From positions 1-25,793 of the IMG/VR virus record IMGVR_UViG_3300020045_010257: 25,793 bases of DNA. One strand, 5' to 3'. Shown here one piece after another: positions 18,320-25,137 of the stretch (within the stretch, counting starts at the first letter, position 1; each line of letters opens with the position of its first letter). The notes below the pieces were generated by a model. The model was not told where the DNA came from. It saw only the letters and a program-made list of their open reading frames with translations, and did not search any database. Source of the DNA: a virus. Its lineage: Duplodnaviria; Caudoviricetes. The position numbers and the translations under genes are program-made.

Positions 18320-18837
18320 TTTACTTTCGACTCCCCAAACAACTTTTGCTCGACCGTCATCTTTGAGCGGAGTTTTGCCGCCTCGTATGTCTGCGGGAAA
18401 TGAACCTTAATGTCCTTGTACATAAAAAAGCCGTGCGACTCTGCGTAGTCCTTGCCGCAGTAGTAGCAAATGATTTCAGGCTGAGCGTCGATCGAGTCGC
18501 AACCAAGGCGCTTGGCTACAGACACTTGCTGATCAAGTTCGTTTAGCGTTTTGGCGGCTCGGTATTCGCCGTCCACATGCTCGCGCAAGTGCTCTAGGTT
18601 CACTTTTTCTTTAGTGAGGGGCTTTGCAATGTCGGGATCGATGTCAGGAATGGGCGACTCTAAGGCCATGCGCTCAAGCTCGCGCTCAAGCGCTAGGTCC
18701 TCTTCAGTGATGGCGGTTGGCGCTACGTCCTCGCGCCAGCTGGGGTCGACTGGTTTAGCGTCGGCTAAGTTAAACATGGGGTTAGCGTCGTCAACCGGAG
18801 GCTTAACCTTGTTCTTGGCACCTTTAGTTCTCGCCAT
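18316..18837 (-). CDS. Hypothetical protein with N-terminal RTKGAKNK basic motif (173 aa)
   Basis: SD AAGGA; 14-nt overlap with the TerL-nuclease gene. Confidence 0.65.
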   Translation of the reverse strand: MARTKGAKNKVKPPVDDANPMFNLADAKPVDPSWREDVAPTAITEEDLALERELERMALESPIPDIDPDIAKPLTKEKVNLEHLREHVDGEYRAAKTLNELDQQVSVAKRLGCDSIDAQPEIICYYCGKDYAESHGFFMYKDIKVHFPQTYEAAKLRSKMTVEQKLFGESKVK

Positions 18838-19639
18838 CTTGATTTCCTTTCATCAATTGGTTTTTGATAAACCATTTCTCGTAATCTTTATGATTAGGAG
18901 ACGGGGGCTTTAAATTTTGCTTTTCTGGTTCTGGTGGAAACGAAAACTCTTCAATACTTGAGAGCGCATCGAGAATGTCGACATATGTTCCGCGCGGGAA
19001 CTTGTTGTACTCATCCTCAAAGTCAGTGAGCCCGCGCTTTATCTGAATGCCCGCCCACTCAAAACGTGGAACGAGCGAGCGAATGCGCATGTTTTTAGAC
19101 TTATCCGGCCCGCGATTTACAGCGTGAACAGGAACGGTTTTCTTGCGCTTTCTCATTTCGTCTTGAATGAAGTGCATGAGCGCTTGCTGATAAGCGACCG
19201 TCTCAATGCCAATAACGCTACAGCCGTAAATGTCTTGAACGTCAAATATGAGCTTTACGGTTTGCGTGGCGGTTATTTTTAGGCGTCTTGCGACCTTGAG
19301 ATACCACATATTGTTTACGTCAACGTCGACAATGGCTAGCGCTGTGTAGCACGCGGCTTGGTCGAGGCTGATCGCTGGATCAATCATCGCGAACGTGTGT
19401 TTTATTCTCGGGAGCTCATCGTAATAAACGAGCCACTCGCGCTTAAAGTCCTGGTCGTCGCCTGGAATAATTTCGTTTTGATATTGGTGCGCGAAAATGT
19501 ACGAGCCTTGAATTTTGCGCTGGCGAGTTAAATACTCGCGAGAGAGCTTTTTAGGAAACAAAAGCGAGCCGTCGTCGCGGATTGCTTTATCATACGCGCA
19601 CGCCCATTTTTCGCCGTCCACTACCTTCTCGAAGTACAT
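18824..19639 (-). CDS. terL: Terminase large subunit, C-terminal linker + RNase H-like nuclease domain (stand-alone gene, 271 aa)
   Basis: LFP...G.YIF..QYQN, IDPAIS, IGIETVAYQ, K..RI..L.P, FP.G..DILDAL. Start re-called at ATG 19639 (TAATG overlap with the upstream stop). Confidence 0.88.
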   Translation of the reverse strand: MYFEKVVDGEKWACAYDKAIRDDGSLLFPKKLSREYLTRQRKIQGSYIFAHQYQNEIIPGDDQDFKREWLVYYDELPRIKHTFAMIDPAISLDQAACYTALAIVDVDVNNMWYLKVARRLKITATQTVKLIFDVQDIYGCSVIGIETVAYQQALMHFIQDEMRKRKKTVPVHAVNRGPDKSKNMRIRSLVPRFEWAGIQIKRGLTDFEDEYNKFPRGTYVDILDALSSIEEFSFPPEPEKQNLKPPSPNHKDYEKWFIKNQLMKGNQDGEN

Positions 19640-19881
19640 TAGAACCACCGCCAAAACTGCCACCACTTTTTGGCGACTGGTCGAACGATAACTAGGCTTG
19701 GCTTTTTGCCATAGTTCTCAGCTATTCGCTGATAGAGCTTGAAGTAGTTCGCGGCGTCGAAACACGGCCCGTCAGGCTTAAGCAAATACTCTTGTACCTC
19801 GACAAACACGAACTCGTTATGCTCAACGGGATAGCGGTTACAAAACTTGGTCTCAGCTTTTACGATTGCGTAATAGCTCAT
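19639..19881 (-). CDS. Hypothetical protein (80 aa) with KKWWQFW amphipathic C-terminus
   Basis: ATGA coupling upstream and TAATG coupling downstream. Confidence 0.65.
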   Translation of the reverse strand: MSYYAIVKAETKFCNRYPVEHNEFVFVEVQEYLLKPDGPCFDAANYFKLYQRIAENYGKKPSLVIVRPVAKKWWQFWRWF

Positions 19882-20669
19882 GAGCCCATCCTTTTAACGC
19901 CAAGGAATGGTCTCGGCCCGTCGCCAGTGGCCGCAGCGCCCTCTATATAAAGCCCGCTCGCTGCGAATTTGCCGCTTGCGCCAGAGGTTGTGATTGTCAT
20001 ATTAGAGCCAGAGCCGTTTTTGGTGTCGGCGAGAGTAGGTGCGGTGTCTGAGTGATCCATGCGCCACCAGTTGGTACAGTTCGCATAAGCAGAGTGCGCG
20101 GCCAAGTTTCCTGGAATGCCGCCGTTGTAGAGTTCGGCCCGCTCTCCGCTAGAGAGCACCTTGTTCCACAGACTATAGTTGTTCCAGGCGCCCGCTGCCG
20201 TTTTGTCCGCGGTTGGGGTTGCGGGGTTATTGCTGCCGACCAACAACACCTGATCAGCGGTGTGCAAAGGCACCGCGCCGCCAGACCACGGCAAAACCTC
20301 TGTCAGCGTTTGGAGTACGTTGTTCACGTAGCAGGCGAAAACGCCAGACGCGAACGTGACCATGACGTGCTTCCATGTGTCTGTAAATATCGCGGTTGCC
20401 GTCGTATGAAGTGAAAAGTTGGTGCCATTCCAAGAGAATATTAGTCTAAACGTTCCGCTGGTCTGAATGGAGAACAGCCAACAGCGGTCGTTTCCGGTCT
20501 CCTCCCACATTCCCCATACGTCTTTGTTTGTTCCGGGAATGCAGCAAAGCCACATGCTCCATGTGATGTTGTCGTAGTATTTGTACGAAGCATTGTCAGC
20601 GGTCACGGCGTAACCTCTTGACGTATCATTCGTATCGCGGCCATAAAAGCTGCCCGTACTAAAAGCCAA
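19878..20669 (-). CDS. LamG / concanavalin A-like lectin-fold protein, likely virion-associated
   Basis: T.SMW, WKHV.VTF, YVN.V, WNKVLS..E...LYN.G, WWRMD motifs of LamG-like jellyrolls; TTG start. Confidence 0.8.
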   Translation of the reverse strand: MAFSTGSFYGRDTNDTSRGYAVTADNASYKYYDNITWSMWLCCIPGTNKDVWGMWEETGNDRCWLFSIQTSGTFRLIFSWNGTNFSLHTTATAIFTDTWKHVMVTFASGVFACYVNNVLQTLTEVLPWSGGAVPLHTADQVLLVGSNNPATPTADKTAAGAWNNYSLWNKVLSSGERAELYNGGIPGNLAAHSAYANCTNWWRMDHSDTAPTLADTKNGSGSNMTITTSGASGKFAASGLYIEGAAATGDGPRPFLGVKRMGS

Positions 20670-20684
20670 ATACCACCCTAACGC

Positions 20685-20990
20685 CTAACCAGGCGAGCTT
20701 GAGTATCCGTAGCTATAGCCAAATTCGATTGCGGCGATTGACGTGGATCCTGCCGCAGCCAAAAAGAAAACTGACGGGCCGTTAAAGCTTTGAACTTCAG
20801 ACGTGCCAAGTATCCAGCCCTGGGCCGCGGTAAAGCCTCTGCGATCAACGACGGCTAACGTGCCACCAGACGAGTACTTAAAGGAAACGGCCTTAGCAAA
20901 AGGGGGTGGGATAATAGGAGTGGCGGTCGCGCCCGTCGCCACTGCCACTAAAGTTACGCCAACGCCGTAGATTAATTCGTTTGCGGACAT
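20685..20990 (-). CDS. Small beta-rich S/T/G/A protein (101 aa, start MSANEL), possible virion accessory protein
   Basis: Start re-called at ATG 20990 behind AAGGCGG; composition resembles the other accessory structural proteins. Confidence 0.6.
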   Translation of the reverse strand: MSANELIYGVGVTLVAVATGATATPIIPPPFAKAVSFKYSSGGTLAVVDRRGFTAAQGWILGTSEVQSFNGPSVFFLAAAGSTSIAAIEFGYSYGYSSSPG

Positions 20991-21037
20991 CAATAACCGC
21001 CTTATTAAATTTTTGAATTTTCGCGCACGCAACTTAG

Positions 21038-21083
21038 AGGGTATGAGCGCCAGACAGTTACTAAAACGGTAACTTGAAGTTAC
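21038..21083 (-). promoter_or_regulatory. Putative activator-dependent late promoter, copy 1
   Basis: Inverted repeat GTAACTT-C-AAGTTAC (21069-21083, minus-strand reading), third GTAAC box (21057-21061), and TACCCT (-10-like) 25 nt after the palindrome. Confidence 0.6.
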
Positions 21084-21086
21084 TTA

Positions 21087-21803
21087 TTAAAGGCCTAGGC
21101 TGTCCTCTGTGCTAACGAGTCCAGGCGTGGTCATTTCTAGCTTTCCCTCAGCCAGTTTCTTCTCAGCTAAGATGTCGTTTAAGAAAAACCCGATCACGTC
21201 GCGCTCGGCGTATCTGGTGCCGATTAATAAATATTCGCCGCCAGGGTTTAGAATGTTGAGGTTGTATCTGACGTGATCGATAACCTTTTGGCACTTCTCA
21301 GGCGTTTCAGAGTTTTGCGGACTATTATAGTCATCGCCAATAATTAGGTCGTAATGCTGACCAACCCGCGTGGTGCCGAGCCCTCCGGCCGTAATGCTAG
21401 CCTCTTTGCGGTTAGCCGTTCGCGATTTAATAATAACCTCGCCCTCGTCCCACTTGCCGCCGACCTGACTGCCAAAGAGTTCGGCTATTCGCTCGCCCTG
21501 TAAGTGCCCTTTGATTTCGCGAATAAAGTTTTTAGAGTTCGAATAAAGCTCCGAATCAAGCAAAATAGTAAGGTTCGGATCACGTAAAAGACGCCAAATA
21601 GGATAAGAGACAGAACCAAGAGTGCTCTTAAAAGTACCTCGCGGCATAACAACGATTTTTCGAGGAGCTTCGCTTTCAAAGACATTGATAAATTGCCCAT
21701 GCACATCCTTATCTAAGTCCTTATAGCCAAGAAACTCTTTACTAAAATAAAAGAAATCATCAAGGCACCGGCACTGTTCTTTATATAAATCTTGCGGGCT
21801 CAT
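21087..21803 (-). CDS. terL: Terminase large subunit, N-terminal ATPase domain (stand-alone gene, 238 aa)
   Basis: Walker A PRGTFKST, Walker B YDLIIGDD, coupling motif IGTRY; ends with tandem TAA TAA; ATGA-coupled to terS. Confidence 0.9.
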   Translation of the reverse strand: MSPQDLYKEQCRCLDDFFYFSKEFLGYKDLDKDVHGQFINVFESEAPRKIVVMPRGTFKSTLGSVSYPIWRLLRDPNLTILLDSELYSNSKNFIREIKGHLQGERIAELFGSQVGGKWDEGEVIIKSRTANRKEASITAGGLGTTRVGQHYDLIIGDDYNSPQNSETPEKCQKVIDHVRYNLNILNPGGEYLLIGTRYAERDVIGFFLNDILAEKKLAEGKLEMTTPGLVSTEDSLGL

Positions 21804-22120
21804 TTCTTTGCGCGCTTTGCTCTGTCCTCGACAACCATTTGATGAATCGTAGCGCGGTCCTCAGCCGACAGCAGTGCTGTGGATCCAGCGCCATCTGCGA
21901 GGCCCTCGATTGCTTTGCGCTTTGGGAACACGTACTGCGCTATTCGCTCAAACTTGTCGAATTGCTTATCCTGATCGGTTTCGCGCATTGCGATCATGAC
22001 CATGCCCTCGAAGGGGTTACAGCCGTGCTTTTCGCAAATCGCCATCAAGTCTTGCGTTGGCTTATTCGGCGTGCCCTTTTTGCGTCCGCCATAGCGAGGA
22101 TGTCCCTTCGGTGCGCCCAC
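21800..22120 (-). CDS. terS: Terminase small subunit (putative)
   Basis: GGRKKGTPNK N-terminal motif and A.Y.FPKRKAIE motif; directly upstream of the TerL ATPase gene. Confidence 0.7.
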   Translation of the reverse strand: MGAPKGHPRYGGRKKGTPNKPTQDLMAICEKHGCNPFEGMVMIAMRETDQDKQFDKFERIAQYVFPKRKAIEGLADGAGSTALLSAEDRATIHQMVVEDRAKRAKK

Positions 22121-22290
22121 TAATCTTTAATCCTGACGCCAAGGCTCTCTAGATCGCTAATCACCTGCTCGGCGCGCGCTCTGAGGCCTGGAAGTCTTGA
22201 GGGGAGCGCATAGTCTAGGGTTTGCGAAAGCTCAAGCACGATGGCCCAAACTTCGTCTGTGATTTTTTGTATCTTTATTGGCTTTTCCAT
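22120..22290 (-). CDS. 56-aa hypothetical protein (not in ORF track)
   Basis: MEKPIKIQKITDEVWAIVLELSQTLDYALPSRLPGLRARAEQVISDLESLGVRIKD*; its TAG overlaps the GTG of terS. Confidence 0.6.
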   Translation of the reverse strand: MEKPIKIQKITDEVWAIVLELSQTLDYALPSRLPGLRARAEQVISDLESLGVRIKD

Positions 22291-22310
22291 TTGCTCACTT
22301 TTAAAAAGGC

Positions 22311-22376
22311 GCGGGAGCTCGGGATTACCCGTGCTTTAGCGGCCAGCCCACCAAACATCCAATCAAGGTGCCCCGC
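22311..22376 (-). other. Structured 5' leader / candidate small RNA
   Basis: Closing stem GCGGG/CCCGC enclosing hairpins CACC..GGUG, GC-UAAA-GC and CGGG-UAAU-CCCG; followed by GCC-UUUUU. Confidence 0.4.
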
Positions 22377-22384
22377 ATGAATAA

Positions 22385-22430
22385 AGGCTAAGCGGCGGTA
22401 TGCGGTAACAAAAGAGTAACTTTAAGTTAC
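22385..22430 (-). promoter_or_regulatory. Putative activator-dependent late promoter, copy 2
   Basis: GTAACTT-A-AAGTTAC (22416-22430, minus-strand reading), third GTTAC box (22405-22409), and TAGCCT 25 nt after the palindrome, matching copy 1. Confidence 0.6.
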
Positions 22431-22432
22431 TT

Positions 22433-22460
22433 TTGACGGGCTTAAGTAATTAGCTAGAAT
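22433..22460 (+). promoter_or_regulatory. Sigma70-type promoter for the RHH gene (probably leaderless transcript)
   Basis: TTGACG-16 nt-TAGAAT; the ATG begins at the 7th nt after the -10 hexamer; no SD. Confidence 0.65.
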
Positions 22461-22466
22461 GAATAC

Positions 22467-22673
22467 ATGAAAATTGAATTCGACATAGATTTAAGCGAAC
22501 TCGATCAGCCAGAACTTAACGACGGGCAAGTGACCGTAAAACTCCCAAAGGCAATTGGGGAGCAATTTAAGATATTGAACATCAAACACAACAAGCAGCT
22601 GAGCAAGTACATGCGCAAGTTTGCACTCACGCTGATCACTAAAATCGAGTCGCGCGACAAGAGCGCGTCCTAG
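22467..22673 (+). CDS. Putative ribbon-helix-helix (Arc/CopG-like) DNA-binding protein
   Basis: QVTVKLP strand followed by two helices (KAIGEQFKIL..., LSKYMRKFALTLI); flanked by GTWAC boxes. Confidence 0.55.
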   Translation: MKIEFDIDLSELDQPELNDGQVTVKLPKAIGEQFKILNIKHNKQLSKYMRKFALTLITKIESRDKSAS

Positions 22674-22738
22674 TTACTTTTAAGTTAACCGAGAACTAGC
22701 CTATATTTTAAGCTTAAGACTCTTTAGCGTTTGAGTTA

Positions 22739-23485
22739 GTGAGCCTTAAGCGATCGCTAATCATACCTGACACGCATCGCCCTTTTCACAATCGAAAAGC
22801 TTACGCGCTAATGATCGAGGCCGCGCTTTATTTTGGCGTGCATGAAATCGTTATTCTTGGCGATTACGCGGACTTTTACTCGGTCTCCCGGCACCAAAAG
22901 CATCCCATGGTCGATACTCTGTTAACGACAGAGGTGGAGTCGGTAAGGGAGGGGCTGGACGAGTTAGACCGCCTTTTTCCTCAAGCCAAGAAAGTGTTCC
23001 TTGAAGGGAATCATGAGAAACGGCTAGAGACATATCTTGTTGAGAAGGCACCTGAGTTGTTTGGTGTAACTGAGGTTCAGTTTCTTTTTGGGTTGAATCA
23101 GAGACCGCTTTGGTCGTTTCAGGAGTTCGGTCGCAACCAGGCTTACTCGGTACTAGGTACGAACCTATACGCCTTTCATCGTCCAAAGGCGTCAGCGCCA
23201 AAGACCCACCTCCAGCGGGTAATGGTGAACTCCGTGTACGGCGACATTCACAAGATTGAGCGGGCCCACGCGGTTGGGCTTGACGGAAAACACTACTTGG
23301 CCCTTTGTCCCGGTTGGCTTGGAGATGTAGGGTCTCGGGTGTTTGACTATATGGCGAGCGTTCCACAATGGCAGCTAGGTTTCGCAATAGCTTCGCTAGA
23401 AACGTCATCGAATGAATATTTCATAGACACGTTTGAAATCAAGAACAATCGCGCACTCGTATATGGAAAGCTGTTTAGCGCATGA
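22739..23485 (+). CDS. Calcineurin-like metallophosphoesterase
   Basis: PDTH, LGDYAD, EGNHE, FH and GDIH (GHxH-like) metal-binding motifs; W..GF C-terminal motif of phage members. Confidence 0.85.
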   Translation: MSLKRSLIIPDTHRPFHNRKAYALMIEAALYFGVHEIVILGDYADFYSVSRHQKHPMVDTLLTTEVESVREGLDELDRLFPQAKKVFLEGNHEKRLETYLVEKAPELFGVTEVQFLFGLNQRPLWSFQEFGRNQAYSVLGTNLYAFHRPKASAPKTHLQRVMVNSVYGDIHKIERAHAVGLDGKHYLALCPGWLGDVGSRVFDYMASVPQWQLGFAIASLETSSNEYFIDTFEIKNNRALVYGKLFSA

Positions 23486-23702
23486 CGAAGAAAGACCTGC
23501 GCAAAGTTTGCGACGCCACGCTGTTCGACGCGGGCGACGTGACGTGGGAAGTAGAAGAGACCAAACGCAATACTCAAATTAAGATACTACTCAAGTCTGA
23601 ATCGCGCTTTAACTTGGTCAAATTTACCTAAGCCTTCAAATGATAGTCGAAAAGCTAGAAGGCCACCTGGGCGTTATGAGTGAGACCGAGGGCGAGCACT
23701 AG
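23482..23702 (+). pseudogene. Small gene with an apparent 1-nt frameshift (about 73 aa if restored)
   Basis: ATGA-coupled start; frame 1 gives 49 aa ending at 23631; the -1 frame continues QIYLSLQMIVEKLEGHLGVMSETEGEH* to a TAG overlapping the convergent GT2 stop. Confidence 0.45.
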
Positions 23703-24418
23703 CCCCACTTAGCGTCAAACCTACGCTTGCTCTCTTCCCGGTTAGCCGCGCTAAACGTTTGCTCTGAGCTCACGCCGCCAAAGTGATAAACGATTGCGTT
23801 ATAGGCTATGGCGTTTAAGTAGCCCTTTTGCCCGATACGAAGCGTGTAGTCGATATCGTCTTGGCCAATGAGCGACTCGTCAAACGGGCCTACCTCGTTA
23901 TACATTTTGCGCGAGATTAAAAACGCGTAAATGCAAAGTGTGCTGTGATAACTCAAAGCAAGCGGGTACGGGCTTTCCATATTCATTAAGCGCTCGGGCT
24001 CGTCTACCTCATCGAGTCGCATGGGTCCCGGCCTGGTACCCACCAGCGCCGCGTACCTGTTCTGCTGGTCGTTTGAGATTGGCATGAGAAGGCCAATGCG
24101 TGGCACGTGAGCGTAGGTCTCAACAAGAGCTTTAAGCGAATTGCGGGTCAGTACCGTGTCGTCGTTGATCACGAACAGATATTCGCCCGTTGATTTCGCG
24201 ATGCCATAGTTTAAGCCCACTGGCGGCCAGAACTTTACCTCGTTTGGCGTGACTGTTCTTACGCCCTCATACCTGGGTAAGTAATCTTTGCGGCCCACGA
24301 TGATAATTTCTAGGTCGCTCGCCGGGTAATCGAGGTTCTTTACCGACTGGACGCATAGGTCGAGGTATGGTTTAGACTTCTCGAAATAGCTCGTAATGAT
24401 AACGCTTACTTTTGGCAT
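23699..24418 (-). CDS. Glycosyltransferase family 2 (GT-A)
   Basis: KVSVIITSY, GLNYG, GEYLFVINDD, VGPFDE, DDIDYTLR, VYHFGG motifs. Confidence 0.9.
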   Translation of the reverse strand: MPKVSVIITSYFEKSKPYLDLCVQSVKNLDYPASDLEIIIVGRKDYLPRYEGVRTVTPNEVKFWPPVGLNYGIAKSTGEYLFVINDDTVLTRNSLKALVETYAHVPRIGLLMPISNDQQNRYAALVGTRPGPMRLDEVDEPERLMNMESPYPLALSYHSTLCIYAFLISRKMYNEVGPFDESLIGQDDIDYTLRIGQKGYLNAIAYNAIVYHFGGVSSEQTFSAANREESKRRFDAKWG

Positions 24419-25137
24419 CGCTTCCCCTCAAATACGATTGTGTCGTCCGTGTGGCAAACCCAGTCATAACCCTTAAACATTTTAACCAAGATCAAGTGAA
24501 GCTCATTTGGTGTATATGTGCGCAAATGCCCAAGCGGGTTATCGCGCCAAAATCTCATTCCGCCACCGTAAGTGTAAAGCGGTGTTGAGATTAGAATAAC
24601 GTCAGCCGTGCGCTTGAACTTGAGATAGTTTTGATAAATCTCCCACTCGTTAGCCAGGTGCTCGATCAATTCAAACGCTACAAAGATATTAAACTCTGGC
24701 TTATCTGGCTTAGCGAAACAGTGCTCACCCTCGTCAAGCGACAGACACTCGTAAGTGAATTGGCGATGCTTATGCACTAGCCCTTGCGGTAGCCAAAGCG
24801 AGCCGCCGGCCAACTCCATAACGTTTGGCGTGACGCCCTTCGCGTTTAGCTCTTTAACGATACTTTCTGTCACCTTAGCTCTAAGCGGCCAATGGTTCTC
24901 GGTGTCCTGAGGCGTAATCTCTAGGCCCTCGTAGATGCCCTTATACTGAACCGGCGTAAAGAGCTGGCGATGAAGGCTTGCGCGTATTTCCGCGGCCCGC
25001 TCCGGCACGTGCTCTCTGTAAAACGCTGGCATGTTATCGAGCATGAGAAACGCGCGCTCGACTTCGTCAGATTGGATGAGCATTTCGCAGGCGCTTAAGT
25101 AAACGTCAACGTCAAAGAATAGCGGCTTGCCGATCAC
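24406..25137 (-). CDS. Class I SAM-methyltransferase-fold protein, paralog B (degenerate motif I)
   Basis: VMELAGGS, FELIEHL, LISTP, GHLRTYT. Start re-called at GTG 25137 (GTGA overlap, SD GGGGGAG). Confidence 0.7.
   Translation of the reverse strand: MIGKPLFFDVDVYLSACEMLIQSDEVERAFLMLDNMPAFYREHVPERAAEIRASLHRQLFTPVQYKGIYEGLEITPQDTENHWPLRAKVTESIVKELNAKGVTPNVMELAGGSLWLPQGLVHKHRQFTYECLSLDEGEHCFAKPDKPEFNIFVAFELIEHLANEWEIYQNYLKFKRTADVILISTPLYTYGGGMRFWRDNPLGHLRTYTPNELHLILVKMFKGYDWVCHTDDTIVFEGKRCQK

Noticed and set aside
19640-21086. Self-splicing intron or split intein rejoining TerL
   Set aside because: No intein terminal motifs, no homing endonuclease or reverse transcriptase, and the gap is almost fully protein-coding with little room for a ribozyme core. 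Both halves have their own coupled start and stop. Not formally excluded without RT-PCR.
419-22123. Numerous plus-strand ORFs (e.g. 419..889, 2184..2573, 9478..9849, 12544..12918, 18551..18913, 20052..20414) and nested off-frame minus ORFs (e.g. 12126..12659, 15073..15420, 17716..18021)
   Set aside because: They overlap well-supported, tightly coupled minus-strand genes and show no recognisable motifs; treated as shadow ORFs.
22311-22376. tRNA gene (cloverleaf-like fold)
   Set aside because: No T-loop GTTC, no 7-nt anticodon loop on a 5-bp stem, no CCA end.
22851-23577. Minus-strand ORFs 22851..23408 and 23347..23577
   Set aside because: Antisense to the metallophosphoesterase, which has a full motif set.
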